Shown: positions 47,097-57,673, counted from the stretch's first letter. The stretch is 64,000 nucleotides of DNA from Alphaproteobacteria bacterium (GCA_965205265.1 CBDBGH010000003.1:2816001-2880000); one strand, 5' to 3'. Notes: a model not told the origin generated them from the letters alone. Numbers and translations are program-made.

Positions 47097-48104
47097 CTAA
47101 AGGAATTTCGGCAGCACCTTATCGGTGAAACCGAGGAAGGAGGAATGGCTGAGCGGCGCGCACATCAGGTAGTGCAGGTCGATCTCTTCCCTCAAGCGGC
47201 AAAGCTGGTCGGCGACGCGGGCGGGCGAGCCCCAGATCGCCACATCGTCGAGATAGCGCTCCACCGGATCGACGGCTTCGACGGTGCCGTCCGCCAGCAC
47301 CCGCTCGGTCGGGTTGGCGGTGCCCTTGGATTCGTTCTTGTAGGTCGCGACCATCCAGGCGGCGCCGCGCCGGACGATCTCCGCCGCCTCTTCGTCGCTG
47401 TCGGCAACCGCCAGAAGCCGCGCGGTCGGGATGTCCTGGCCGGACGCGGGATGGCCGGCGGCGTCGCGCGCGCGGCGCCATGTGTCGCGGATGCCGTTCA
47501 GGCCGTCGAAGGTCGCATGCGGGCCGAGCAGCGGCGCCAGCCCCGCCCTGCCGGCCCAGGCGGCGGCGTCGGGGGAGCCGCAGGCCGCCCAGACCGGCGG
47601 ATGCGGCTGCTGGGCCGGTTTCGGCAGCACCTCGACATTCTCGAAGCGCCAGTATTCGCCCTGCCAGTCCAGCCGCTCGTTCCGCCATGCGGCCAGCACG
47701 ATCTCGACCGCTTCCTGGAACCGCGCCCGGCTCTCCGCCATGGGCACGCCGAAGGTGCGGAACTCGTCCGGATCGAAGCCCCGGCCCGCGCCCCAGCTCA
47801 CCCGCCCGCCGGAAAGCTGGTCCAGCAGCGCCACTTCCTCGGCGAGCCGCAGCGGGTGGTAGAAGGGGGCGAGCGACACCGCCGTGCCGATGCGCAGCCG
47901 GCTGGTGCGCTCCGCCACCTGCACGCCGATCATGTGGACCGACGGGCAAACGCTGTAATCCGTGAAATGGTGCTCCGCCAGCCAGACCGCGTCGTAGCCG
48001 GTCTCGTCCATGATGCGGATGCGGTCCATCGCCCGCCGGTACACCTCGGTCAGCGCGGCGCGCCGGCCGGGCCAGGAGAAGAACTGCAGGACGCCGAATT
48101 TCAC
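47097..48104 (-). CDS. LLM-class flavin-dependent oxidoreductase
   Basis: GTG overlapping the upstream stop; WLAEHHF, RIGTAV, HPLRLAEE, GAGRG, PKPAQQPHPP. Confidence 0.92.
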   Translation of the reverse strand: MKFGVLQFFSWPGRRAALTEVYRRAMDRIRIMDETGYDAVWLAEHHFTDYSVCPSVHMIGVQVAERTSRLRIGTAVSLAPFYHPLRLAEEVALLDQLSGGRVSWGAGRGFDPDEFRTFGVPMAESRARFQEAVEIVLAAWRNERLDWQGEYWRFENVEVLPKPAQQPHPPVWAACGSPDAAAWAGRAGLAPLLGPHATFDGLNGIRDTWRRARDAAGHPASGQDIPTARLLAVADSDEEAAEIVRRGAAWMVATYKNESKGTANPTERVLADGTVEAVDPVERYLDDVAIWGSPARVADQLCRLREEIDLHYLMCAPLSHSSFLGFTDKVLPKFL

Positions 48105-48907
48105 GAACGCCGTTCCCAGGCCCGCGCGCCGGGAGCGGGCGGGTCGTTGGGCGGGCCGGCGAAGCATTGCGCGATCGCCATCCAGGCCCGCGCCGGTCCG
48201 CCCGTCACCTCCAGATCGACATCGGCGATATTGCGGCCCTGCGTCACGACGCGGCAGAAATCGAGCGCGGTGCCTTCCACTCGGTCCGTCGCGCTTTCCG
48301 CACCGCGCTGCCAGAGCGCGCCGGAGGGGAGCGTAAGCCGCACATGAGGGACGGGCGCCGGCGGCTCCAGGCCGCGATTGCGGAAGGTCCAGCCGAAGGT
48401 CTGGCAGCCGAGCACGCAGATATTCGCCAGCCGGTCGAAATGCGCGCGCGGCGCCTGCAGCAGGTCGTAGATGTCCTGCCCGTGCGCCCAGGTCTCCATC
48501 TGGCGGGCCGTGGCGAAGGAGCGCAGGCCCATATCGGGGCCGACCCAGGCGACGCGGCGGTCGGGGTCCTCCCCTTCCATCAGGTCGCAAAGACGCGAGA
48601 GGCAGGTCCACCACTGCTCCAGCAGCGCGGGGCCCTCGCGCATGTCAGGCGCGCCCTCCAAAGCATCCGGCGCGGGGTCGCCGCGCTCCCGCGCCGCCCG
48701 GCGCGCTTCGACGACCCGCGCGAAGCGGTCCGGGTCCTCAAGCGAGACCGACGCCATCCAGTCGCCGAAATGGAGATGCTGCATGACGGCGTTCACCGTC
48801 CAGTCCTTGAAGGGCGTCGGCCGTGCCCAGTCCGCATCCTCCAGCCCGGTCAGGAAGGCATGGAGTGCGACGCCCTCCTCGCGCAAGTCGATTGCCTGCT
48901 GAAACAT
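48101..48907 (-). CDS. TIGR03084-type MDMPI/DinB-superfamily metal-binding protein
   Basis: TPFKDWT...HLH, ARQMETWAHGQD, TFGWTF, DFCRVVTQ, IAQCFAGPP. Confidence 0.85.
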   Translation of the reverse strand: MFQQAIDLREEGVALHAFLTGLEDADWARPTPFKDWTVNAVMQHLHFGDWMASVSLEDPDRFARVVEARRAARERGDPAPDALEGAPDMREGPALLEQWWTCLSRLCDLMEGEDPDRRVAWVGPDMGLRSFATARQMETWAHGQDIYDLLQAPRAHFDRLANICVLGCQTFGWTFRNRGLEPPAPVPHVRLTLPSGALWQRGAESATDRVEGTALDFCRVVTQGRNIADVDLEVTGGPARAWMAIAQCFAGPPNDPPAPGARAWERRS

Positions 48908-48986
48908 TCCCGGTTCTCCCCCCGGCCAATTATGGCACGGTTCCCGCGCCCGGCGCGAGGCATAGGCCCGGGGCGCGCTTGCGGCT

Positions 48987-50186
48987 ATGGTGCGCCATCG
49001 CGAAAACGGGGAATCGGTCTTGTTCCGGCAGGAATTCGAAACGCTTGAGCAGAACGGCATCACCGGGGTGGCGCTGCCCCGGATCAACGACCCGAATGTC
49101 ATTCCGCTCTGGTTCGGCGAGGGCGACCTCGTCACGCCCGCCTTCATCCGCGAGGCGGCCAAGCAGGCCATCGACGACGGCCTGACCTTCTACAACCACC
49201 CGAGCGGCCGCGCGGAACTGCTGGCGGCAATCAAGGCGTATCTCGACCGGATTTACGACCTCGACCTCGACCCGGACCGGCTCGTCGTGCCCGGTTCGAC
49301 CATGCTCGGCATCTTCATGGCGGCGCGCATGACCGCGGGCGCGGGCGACCATGCGCTGATCGTCAGCCCCAACTGGCCGAATATCGACCGCGCCTTCCAG
49401 ATGACCGGGGCGGCGTTCGACTTCGTGCGCCAGCGGCTCGGCCCGGAGGGCTGGAAGCTGCATCTGGAGGATGTCTTCGAGGCGGCCCGGCCGAACACGC
49501 GCGCGCTGTTCATCAACACGCCCTGCAACCCGACCGGCTGGGTCATGCCGGCTTCGGAACAGCGCCGCCTGCTCGACTTCTGCCGCGAGCGCGGCATCGT
49601 CATCCTCGCGGACGAGGTCTATCACCGGAACATATTCGACGGCGACGCCGCGCCTTCCTTCCTGCAGGTCGCAGCCTCCGATGACCCTCTCATCGTCGTC
49701 AACGGCTTCTCGAAGGCGTTCGCGATGACCGGCTGGCGGCTCGGCTGGATGGTGGTGCCCTCGGGCTACCGCGAGCAGATGGCCGCCTATTCGGAATGCG
49801 CGAACACCGGCGCGCCGCCCATCGTGCAGAGCGCCGGCATCGCCGCGCTGGAGCAAGGCGAGCCGTTGGTGCGGGAGCTTCGCGAACGCTACCGGGCGGG
49901 GCGCGACTCGGTGATGAAGATCCTGGCCCCCCATCCGCGCATCGAGCTGCAAATGCCGGAGGGCGCGTTCTACGCCTTTCCGCGCGTCCGGGGGCTCAGG
50001 TCCAGCATGGATTTCTCGCAGGGCCTGCTGGCGGAAGAGGATGTCGGCACGGCGCCGGGCTTTACCTTCGGCCCCGGCAACGAGGAGAACTTCCGCCTCT
50101 GCTTCGCGCGGTCCGGGGAGCAGCTCGAAACGGCGCTCCACCGCATCGCCGGCTATCTGGACCGCCACGACAACGAATTCGGCTGA
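48987..50186 (+). CDS. Class I/II PLP-dependent aminotransferase
   Basis: LWFGEGD, NTPCNPTG, ADEVY, FSKAFAMTGWRLGW. Confidence 0.93.
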   Translation: MVRHRENGESVLFRQEFETLEQNGITGVALPRINDPNVIPLWFGEGDLVTPAFIREAAKQAIDDGLTFYNHPSGRAELLAAIKAYLDRIYDLDLDPDRLVVPGSTMLGIFMAARMTAGAGDHALIVSPNWPNIDRAFQMTGAAFDFVRQRLGPEGWKLHLEDVFEAARPNTRALFINTPCNPTGWVMPASEQRRLLDFCRERGIVILADEVYHRNIFDGDAAPSFLQVAASDDPLIVVNGFSKAFAMTGWRLGWMVVPSGYREQMAAYSECANTGAPPIVQSAGIAALEQGEPLVRELRERYRAGRDSVMKILAPHPRIELQMPEGAFYAFPRVRGLRSSMDFSQGLLAEEDVGTAPGFTFGPGNEENFRLCFARSGEQLETALHRIAGYLDRHDNEFG

Positions 50187-50230
50187 GCCTCCGCTTGGCG
50201 GAGGCATCCCGGAACGCGAACGGACAAGAC

Positions 50231-51445
50231 ATGCCAATGGCGCAAACGGGCGCGCCCCCGCTCCGGGGCATCAGGGTGGTGGACTTCTCGCGCGTCATCG
50301 CGGGCCCGCTCTGCACGCAGATCCTGGCCGACATGGGCGCGGAGGTCGTCAAGATCGAGAACCCGGAGACGGGCGACGACACCCGCCGGATGGCCGAGCC
50401 CGGCGCAGCGGGAGAGAGCCATTTCTTCCTCGCCTACAACCGCAACAAGAAGAGCCTCGCCCTCGATGTCCGCACGCCGGAGGGCAAGCAGGTCGTGCTC
50501 GACCTGCTGGCGGACGCCGATGTCGTCGTCGAGAATTTCCGCGTGGGCGTGATGAAGCGCTTCGGCCTCGACTACGCCTCGCTTGCCGAACGCTTCCCGC
50601 AACTCGTCTATCTCTCCGTCTCCGCCTACGGGCAGGACGGGCCGATGGCGGACCGGCCCGGCTTCGATCCCGTTCTGCAGGCCGAATTCGGCATGATGTC
50701 GCTGACGGGCGAACCCGACGGAAGGCCCATGCGCCACCCGCTCTCGCTCATCGACACGATGACGGCGCTCTATGCCGCCGCCTCCGTCAATGCGGCCCTG
50801 CTTGCCCGGCGCGATACGGGCCGGGGCCAGTATATCGAGCTTGCGCTCGCCGATGTGGCGGTGGCCGCGCTCGGCAATGCGGGCCTCTACTATCTTTGCA
50901 GCGGCGAGCCGCCGCCGCGCACGGGCAACAGCCATATCACCTCGACGCCGACCAACCTGTTCCAGGCGGCCGACGGCCCGCTCTACATGGCGCTCGGCAC
51001 CGACCGGCTGTTCGGCCAGTTATGCCGCGACGTGCTGGACCGACCCGACCTGCCCGAGGACCCCCGCTTCGCCTCGCCGGCCGCGCGGCTCGCAAACCGG
51101 CCGGAACTGTTCGCCATCCTGAACGACATATTCGGCAGAGAGCCCCGCGCGCACTGGCTGGCGAAAATGCGCCACCTTCCGGCCGGGCCCGTGCGGAGCC
51201 TTGCGGAGGCGCTGGAATCGGAGGAGGTCGCCCATCGCGGCATGGTGCGCACCATCGACCACCCGGCTGCGGGACCGATCCGCATTCTCGGCTCGCCCAT
51301 CCATTTCAGCGACACGCCGGTCCGGGTGGATGGCGCGCCGCCGCCGCTCCACGGCGGCGATACCGAAGCCGTGCTGCGGGGCCTCGGTTACGACGACGCC
51401 CGGATCGCCTCACTGCGCGCGAGCGGGACGCTCGGCCGGCACTGA
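50231..51445 (+). CDS. CaiB/BaiF family III CoA-transferase
   Basis: LRGIRVVDFSRVIAGP, GDDTR, NRNKKS, VENFR. Confidence 0.93.
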   Translation: MPMAQTGAPPLRGIRVVDFSRVIAGPLCTQILADMGAEVVKIENPETGDDTRRMAEPGAAGESHFFLAYNRNKKSLALDVRTPEGKQVVLDLLADADVVVENFRVGVMKRFGLDYASLAERFPQLVYLSVSAYGQDGPMADRPGFDPVLQAEFGMMSLTGEPDGRPMRHPLSLIDTMTALYAAASVNAALLARRDTGRGQYIELALADVAVAALGNAGLYYLCSGEPPPRTGNSHITSTPTNLFQAADGPLYMALGTDRLFGQLCRDVLDRPDLPEDPRFASPAARLANRPELFAILNDIFGREPRAHWLAKMRHLPAGPVRSLAEALESEEVAHRGMVRTIDHPAAGPIRILGSPIHFSDTPVRVDGAPPPLHGGDTEAVLRGLGYDDARIASLRASGTLGRH

Positions 51446-51464
51446 GCTCCGGCCCGCAGCGCCC

Positions 51465-52325
51465 ATGCAGCCGCAACGCAATCTCGGCGCCATCGCCTGG
51501 ATGATCGGCGCCGCGGCGGCGTTCAGCCTGCTGGTCGTCTGCGTGCGGGAGCTGTCAGCAAGCCTGCCGACGCCGGAAATCCTGTTCTTCCGCTGCATCT
51601 TCACCATGGCGCTGCTGGTCCCCTGGGCGGTGCGGGCCGGCCGGGACGGGCTGCGCATCCGGCGTCCCTGGCCCAACCTGCTGCGCGGGGTCAGCACCTT
51701 CGCCGCCATGACGATGTGGTTCCACGCCATCGGCATCGTGCCGCTTGCCGATGCGGTGGCGATCCAGTCGGCCTATCCCCTGTTCACGATCCTGCTGGCG
51801 ATGCTGCTGTTCGCCGAGCGCCCCGGAGTCCGCCGCTGGCTGGCGACGCTCGCGGGCTTCGCCGGCGTGCTGGTCATCGTGCGGCCCGGCTTCGTGGCGG
51901 TCGGCCTGCCCACGGCCATGCTGCTCGGCGCGGCGCTCTGCTACGCGGTCAGCAACATCTGCGTGAAGGCCATGGCGGACACGGAATCCCCGACCCGCAT
52001 GGTGTTCACTGTGAACGCGCTGCTGCTCGCCTTCTCGGCCGTTCCGACGGCGCTCATGTGGGTGACGCCGTCGCTCGATGCGCTGCCCTGGATCGCGCTG
52101 CTCGCGGGCTCGGGCTTCGCCGCGCATATGTGCCTGACGCGCGCGCTCGCGACCGGGGAAGCCGGCACGGTCATGCCGTTCGACTTCCTCCGCCTGCCCT
52201 TCGCCGCGCTGGGCGGCCTCATGCTCTACGGCGAAGTCCCCGATGTGTGGACCGTCGCCGGCGGCATCCTCGTCTTTGCGAGCGCGACCTATATCGCCAT
52301 GCGCGAAGCCCGCCCGGGGCGCTGA
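51465..52325 (+). CDS. DMT/EamA family transporter
   Basis: About 10 TMs; ILFFR, IVRPG, VMPFDFLRL. Confidence 0.9.
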   Translation: MQPQRNLGAIAWMIGAAAAFSLLVVCVRELSASLPTPEILFFRCIFTMALLVPWAVRAGRDGLRIRRPWPNLLRGVSTFAAMTMWFHAIGIVPLADAVAIQSAYPLFTILLAMLLFAERPGVRRWLATLAGFAGVLVIVRPGFVAVGLPTAMLLGAALCYAVSNICVKAMADTESPTRMVFTVNALLLAFSAVPTALMWVTPSLDALPWIALLAGSGFAAHMCLTRALATGEAGTVMPFDFLRLPFAALGGLMLYGEVPDVWTVAGGILVFASATYIAMREARPGR

Positions 52326-52442
52326 GCCCGCCCGGGCCGCTGCTGCAAGAAATGGTGGAAGGCCAATGAGTCTCAACTCTCAACCGTTGGCATAGAGTCA
52401 CAGTCAGAATGGCTCTTGAGTGCAGAATTGTGGATCATTTGA

Positions 52443-53285
52443 CTATGAAACAATTCCAGTTTTGTTAACAGATTCTATAAACCTAATCGCAAGCAAACAT
52501 ACTTCGTATACTACTGCCAAGAGAATAAACCCCAGAGCCGCTCCCGAAGCTGTTAGCAGAAGTCGTGGCGAACGTATTATCGATATCGCCACAATACAAA
52601 CGATCAGAACAACCGATAAAACTGGCAAGAAACTATCAGAAATCACTGAAGCGGTTATACTCGCCAAAAGAAATACAATGGCGAACAGTGCCGCAGAGTA
52701 TCGGTTTACTGTTCTAATTAACTTGTGCCACCTCTCGCCACGATAAACTCTCCTCAATGTAGCAAATACCACAGCAACAGAGATAACATAAATCATCAAA
52801 GCACCGATGCCTAATATTGAATTATTGAAGAAAAAAATAAACATATCCATGGTTTCTTTATGATACCACTCTAAGCCAGAAATGATAGTAGGAGTTGTAC
52901 TATTGAACGCAAACATCACTACATCCCAGCATAGAATAATAAAAAATATTGCACCTAAGGCACCGGAAATGAACTGTATGGTTACACTATTTTGGTCATC
53001 GGGTGTTTTTGATGAAGATATCAATGAAGATATGCCAAGTGGTAGAAAAAATACCAACGCAGTTAGAGAATCTTTTTCAATTTGATTGAGTTTTGGTAAG
53101 TCCAAATACAAAAGTATATTGTCCCATAGCCATCTTGTAAATGGATACCATTGTTCAATTACCCATTTCGCAAAAGAACCAACTCCAATAGCAGTTCCCA
53201 ATATAAATGCTAGCTTGACTCCTGCTGCCAAGTAAGCAAATGCCCGAGCCATCTCGCTCAGAGTCACTCTTATCGGTTCCATCAT
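52443..53285 (-). CDS. AT-rich multi-pass membrane protein of unknown function
   Basis: 280-aa open frame in an AT-rich tract where long ORFs are unlikely by chance; seven to eight hydrophobic segments. Confidence 0.75.
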   Translation of the reverse strand: MMEPIRVTLSEMARAFAYLAAGVKLAFILGTAIGVGSFAKWVIEQWYPFTRWLWDNILLYLDLPKLNQIEKDSLTALVFFLPLGISSLISSSKTPDDQNSVTIQFISGALGAIFFIILCWDVVMFAFNSTTPTIISGLEWYHKETMDMFIFFFNNSILGIGALMIYVISVAVVFATLRRVYRGERWHKLIRTVNRYSAALFAIVFLLASITASVISDSFLPVLSVVLIVCIVAISIIRSPRLLLTASGAALGFILLAVVYEVCLLAIRFIESVNKTGIVS

Positions 53286-53388
53286 ACTTCAATTTCCAAG
53301 TGTCTTGCTTATTAATTTAAACGCGCCCGCCTTTTCAACCTCCAGAAAGAGAAGGGCGCTCGAAAGGCAGCCTGAAACGCAAAGACCG

Positions 53389-54129
53389 TCACCCCGCCTC
53401 GCGCGCGCCGGCGACGAGCCTGGCAAGGTCCTCCTGCGAGGCGGCGCCGGGGACGATGGCGTTCTTCACCAGGAAGGCCGGGGTGCCGCGGATGCCGAGC
53501 GTTTGCGCAAGAGCGTGGTTGCGTTCGATGACTGCCGTGACGGCCTCGCTCTCCATGTCGGCGCGCAATTGCGCGATGTCGAGGCCGGTCTCCGCGGCGA
53601 TGTCCATGATCCGGTCCTCGTCGAGCGCGCCGGAGGCGGACATGAGCGCGACATGGAACTCGGTCCATTTGCCCTGCCTGTCGGCGGCGAGCGAGGCGCG
53701 GGCGGCGACCACCGACGGCGGGCCCAGGATCGGGAACTCCTTGAAGACGATGCGCAGCCGGCCGTCCGCGGCCGCCAGCGCCATCACATCGTCCAGCACA
53801 CGCTTGCAGAAGCCGCAGCGATAGTCGAAGAACTCGACCAGCACCGCGTCGGCGTCCTCCGGCCCGATGGCAGGGTCGCCTTCCGCACGCGCCAACGCCT
53901 CCCAATTGGCGGCGATGCGCCCGACCTGCTGCTGCCGCCGGTATTGCTCCTGCTCGTCCCACCAGGCCTGCACCGCCTTGAGAACGATTTCAGGGTCCTT
54001 CTGGCGCAGATATTCGATGACGGCGGACACCTCCTGCTCCGTGTCGGCCCGCGCCTCGCGGACGGTCCAGGGCAGGCAGGCGAGCGCGGCGAGGAGGACG
54101 GCGAGAACGGCGCGGGAAAGCAGGGTCAT
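53389..54129 (-). CDS. DsbA family thiol-disulfide oxidoreductase (Com1/ScsC-like)
   Basis: Signal peptide; EFFDYRCGFCK, KEFPILG, GIRGTP. Confidence 0.93.
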   Translation of the reverse strand: MTLLSRAVLAVLLAALACLPWTVREARADTEQEVSAVIEYLRQKDPEIVLKAVQAWWDEQEQYRRQQQVGRIAANWEALARAEGDPAIGPEDADAVLVEFFDYRCGFCKRVLDDVMALAAADGRLRIVFKEFPILGPPSVVAARASLAADRQGKWTEFHVALMSASGALDEDRIMDIAAETGLDIAQLRADMESEAVTAVIERNHALAQTLGIRGTPAFLVKNAIVPGAASQEDLARLVAGAREAG

Positions 54130-54195
54130 GGCGGCCGGACCCCTTTTGCGGTGGAAGCCCCCTTATGGCCCCGGCCGGCGCGTTCGGCAAGCCGC

Positions 54196-55602
54196 TCAGG
54201 CGGCCGCGTCGGCCTCCTTGCCGAACAGGCGGACCCGGGCGCCCGCGAGCAGGTCGGTGAGCCGGTTGCGGATTGCCCAGAGGCAGACCAGCGAGGGCAG
54301 GACCATGAGCGTGGTGATGACGAAGAAGGTCCCCCAGTCGCCTTCCAGCCAGTCAACCAGCTCCCCCGAGGAGGCGGCGAAGATCGTGCGCCCGGCCGTG
54401 CCGATGGAGGCGAGCAGCGCATACTGGGTCGCGGTGTAGGTCCGGTCCACCAGCATCGAGATGAAGGCGACGAAGGTGACGGTGGCGAATGCGCTGGTGA
54501 GGTCGTCCATGACGACGGCCGTCGCGAACAGCAGCTCCGACTTGCCGGACCATGCCATCAGCGCGAACAGGAGGTTCGTCGCCGCCATGGCAATGCCGGA
54601 GACGAACATCGCCTTGATAAGCCCGATGCGGATGGCGAAGAGGCCGCCCAGCACGGTGAAGACGAGCGTGGTGAGCCAGCCGAGCCCCTTGGAATAGACG
54701 GCGATGTCCGACTTCGAGAAGCCCACCTCCTTGTAGAAAATGAGCGACATGCGGCCCATGAAGGCCTCGCCGATCTTGAACAGGAAGATGAAGCCGAGCA
54801 CGGCGGCGGCAATCGCGACGCCGTTCTGCCGGAAGAAGCTCATCAGCGGCCCGACCAGGGTTCCGGCGAGCCAGGAGGAGACGCGCCCGGCCGCGCCGGG
54901 AACGCCGAGGCGCGACGCGATGGCCCGCTCGTCCCGCTCCTGAGCGGCGGCGCGGGCGGCGGCGGAGGCCTCCGGCACGAAGGCAAGGCCGATATTGCAG
55001 AGCACGACCAATATGCCGAGCACGAGGAAGGTCGCCTGCCAGTAACGCTCGACGCCCGCCTGCTCGAAATACTGCGCCGCCTCCAGCGCGACGACGCCGC
55101 CGAGCTTGTAGCCGGTCCACCAGCCCACCACGGCGACGGCGGCGCCCGCGGCCATGGATTCGCCCTCGTCCCTGCCGATCTGCTCGATCCGGAGCGCGTC
55201 GACGGCGATGTCCTGGGTGGCCGACGCGACGGCGATGGCGAGCCCGATGGCGACTACGAGGCCGAGATCGGCCGACGGCTCGACTGTGCTCCACAGGATG
55301 AGGCAGACGAGGATGACCGCCTGCAGCGCCACGATCCACGACCGGCGGTGGCCGAGCCGGTCCGCGATCCAGGGCAGGCGGATGCGGTCGATCAGCGGCG
55401 CCCAGAGGAAGTTGAAGGCATAGACGCCGAAGATGAGCCCCGCCCAGCCGATGGCGCTGCGGCTCAGCCCGTCCTCCTTCAGCCAGAGGTTGAGGCTGCT
55501 GCCGATAAGCACCCAGGGAAAGCCGCTGACGATGCCCAGCAGCAGGATGCGCGCCATGCGCCGCTCGAGATAGGTCCCGAGCGTGCCCCGAAGTGCCGTC
55601 AC
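54196..55602 (-). CDS. ampG: AmpG family muropeptide MFS transporter
   Basis: GIVSGFP, FLWAPLIDR, SATQDIAVDALRIE, TATQYALL. Confidence 0.88.
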   Translation of the reverse strand: MTALRGTLGTYLERRMARILLLGIVSGFPWVLIGSSLNLWLKEDGLSRSAIGWAGLIFGVYAFNFLWAPLIDRIRLPWIADRLGHRRSWIVALQAVILVCLILWSTVEPSADLGLVVAIGLAIAVASATQDIAVDALRIEQIGRDEGESMAAGAAVAVVGWWTGYKLGGVVALEAAQYFEQAGVERYWQATFLVLGILVVLCNIGLAFVPEASAAARAAAQERDERAIASRLGVPGAAGRVSSWLAGTLVGPLMSFFRQNGVAIAAAVLGFIFLFKIGEAFMGRMSLIFYKEVGFSKSDIAVYSKGLGWLTTLVFTVLGGLFAIRIGLIKAMFVSGIAMAATNLLFALMAWSGKSELLFATAVVMDDLTSAFATVTFVAFISMLVDRTYTATQYALLASIGTAGRTIFAASSGELVDWLEGDWGTFFVITTLMVLPSLVCLWAIRNRLTDLLAGARVRLFGKEADAAA

Positions 55603-55635
55603 GCTGCCCCTCTCCGCCCCCGGGCGCGGCGTGCG

Positions 55636-56022
55636 CTAGTTGTCGATCACGGCCATGGCGGCGATTTCGACCAGGAACTCGGGCCGGACGAGGCCGGCCT
55701 GCACGCAGGCGCGCGCCGGCGGGTTCTCGGGGAAGTAGGAGGCGTAAACCTCGTTCATCGCGGCGTAGTCGGCGAGGTCCTTGAGGTAGATCGTGTTGTA
55801 CACGATGTCCTGCATGGAGCCGCCGGCCTCTTCGAGAATTTCCCTGATGTTCTCCAGCACCTGCCGGGTCTGCGCGCCGGCGTCTCCCTCGCCGATGAGG
55901 GTCCCGGAGGCATCGAGCGCCAGCATGCCCGCCGTGCAGACGAGCCCGCCGGAGCGGAAGCCCGGCGAATAGGGCGCGAGCGGGGGCGGAGAGCCCTTGG
56001 GCAGTATCGGTTGACCGGCCAT
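55636..56022 (-). CDS. RidA/RutC family protein
   Basis: PLAPYSPG, QTRQVLENI, MNEVYASYF, PARACV, LVEI. Confidence 0.92.
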   Translation of the reverse strand: MAGQPILPKGSPPPLAPYSPGFRSGGLVCTAGMLALDASGTLIGEGDAGAQTRQVLENIREILEEAGGSMQDIVYNTIYLKDLADYAAMNEVYASYFPENPPARACVQAGLVRPEFLVEIAAMAVIDN

Positions 56023-56146
56023 GCGGAGGTTCCTTCCCTCGGTTGCGAACCCCGTCCGGACGGGCGCGGCGCGGATCGCAGTTTCCTTCGCGAGCGATAG
56101 CACTGCCGAAGCCTCTGCGGCAAGCGGCGGGGACACCGTGCCGCCG

Positions 56147-56659
56147 TCACCCCCGGGCTTCTGCCGGACGGAGGCCGGTAAGCGGTTTCTCGAGAAAAAA
56201 CACGCCCTCCATCGGATTGTCGTAATAGGCCGGGATTTCGCGGAAGCCCATCGACCGGTAGAGCGCGACCGCTTCATGCAGGCGGGTCAGCGTGTCGAGG
56301 CGCATGAACGCGTAGCCGGCATCCGCGCCCGTCTGCACGACCGCCCCGGCCAGCCTTCGCCCGAGGCCGAGGCCGCGCCAGCGCGGGCGCACATAGAGGC
56401 GTTTCATCTCACAGATGCCGGGCTCCAGCCCCTTCATGCCGACACCGCCCGCAGCCGAACCGTCAGAGGCCCGCGCGAGCAGCAGCCGGCCTCCCGGCGG
56501 CGCATACAACTCTGCCAGCGCGTCCAGTTCCGCAGGGAAGTCCTGGAAGGAGAGGTCCTCGCCCAACCATTGCTGGTATTCGGCGAACAGCGCCCGCATT
56601 TCGGCGATTTCGGCCGGCGTCGAAGCTTCGACTATCGCAACCGGCTCCGCGGCGCACAT
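56147..56659 (-). CDS. GNAT N-acetyltransferase
   Basis: CEMKRLYVRPRWRGLGLG, RLDT, ALYRSMGF. Confidence 0.92.
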   Translation of the reverse strand: MCAAEPVAIVEASTPAEIAEMRALFAEYQQWLGEDLSFQDFPAELDALAELYAPPGGRLLLARASDGSAAGGVGMKGLEPGICEMKRLYVRPRWRGLGLGRRLAGAVVQTGADAGYAFMRLDTLTRLHEAVALYRSMGFREIPAYYDNPMEGVFFLEKPLTGLRPAEARG

Positions 56660-56671
56660 GCTCCGGCCCTC

Positions 56672-57655
56672 CTAGCCGGCGAAGGCCCGGAGCCGCTCGA
56701 CGATGGTCCCATCCGCCTCGAAGCCGCCCGAGGCTCTCGCCGCCTCGCGCACCGCCCAGGAACGGTCGAAGGGCATGCGGACGGGATGGGCCGGGTCCGC
56801 CGGCTTCGCGGTCCGGACGGTCTCGGCGTAGTCGGCGATGCGCTGCTTGAAGCCTTCCGTGTCGCCGAAAATGTCCGGACGGATAGCGACGATGAGCATG
56901 CCGAACCCGGCCAGGTCCGGCGTGATGCCCTCCGAGCCCGCGAGCACGCCCAGCATCTGCACCACGAGGCCGAGGCCGGAGCCCTTGTGCCCGCCCCAGG
57001 CGGCGAACGCGCCGGCGAGCGCCGCATCCGGGTCCGCGGTCGGGCGCCCGTCCGGGCCGAAGGCGCGTCCTTCCGGCAGCGGCCGGCCCGTGCGGCGGGC
57101 GAGCAGCACCTCGGCATGCATGATGGTGCTGGTGCCGATATCCCACACGACGGGGCGGTCGGCGGAAGGAAAGCCGAAGCAGATCGGGTTGGTGCCGAAC
57201 CGGCCTTCGGCAGCGCCGTAGGGCGCGACCCAGGGCGTGGCGTTGGAGGCGATCATGGTCACGAGGTCGCGGGCCGCCGCCTGTTCGGCGAAGTAGCTCA
57301 GCATGCCCGTGTACCAGGTATCGACCGCGCCGACGGCGGAGAGGCCCATTGCGTTCGCCTTGTCGATGGCGATGTCGGTCGCGCGCTGCCCGACGATGTA
57401 GCCGACATGGTCCGCGCCGTCGATGCGGGCCGAGACCGGCGTTTCATGCGTGACCGCGATGGGCCGGGAGGGCTGCCCGGTGCGCCCGATCCGTTCGGTG
57501 ATCGACACGGCCCGCGCAAGGCCGCCATAGGAAACGCCGCGCAACTCGCAGTCGATCAGATGGTTCACGATGGACGGGATGTCCTCCGCCGCGAAGCCGA
57601 GCTTCGCCATGACCCTGTCGAGCAGGGCACGGGCAGTCTCGATGGCAATGCGCAT
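56672..57655 (-). CDS. Ldh_2 family (type 2 malate/L-lactate dehydrogenase-like) oxidoreductase
   Basis: CELRG, FGTNPICFGFP, GGHKGSGLGLVV. Confidence 0.88.
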   Translation of the reverse strand: MRIAIETARALLDRVMAKLGFAAEDIPSIVNHLIDCELRGVSYGGLARAVSITERIGRTGQPSRPIAVTHETPVSARIDGADHVGYIVGQRATDIAIDKANAMGLSAVGAVDTWYTGMLSYFAEQAAARDLVTMIASNATPWVAPYGAAEGRFGTNPICFGFPSADRPVVWDIGTSTIMHAEVLLARRTGRPLPEGRAFGPDGRPTADPDAALAGAFAAWGGHKGSGLGLVVQMLGVLAGSEGITPDLAGFGMLIVAIRPDIFGDTEGFKQRIADYAETVRTAKPADPAHPVRMPFDRSWAVREAARASGGFEADGTIVERLRAFAG

Positions 57656-57673
57656 GGGCGCGTCCGCCCGGAT

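Noticed and set aside
42698-52350. Shared 12-mer GCTGCTGCAAGA near 42698 and at the left edge of the AT-rich island
   Set aside because: Too short, and not repeated at the island's right edge, so it is not supportable as an att site or target duplication.
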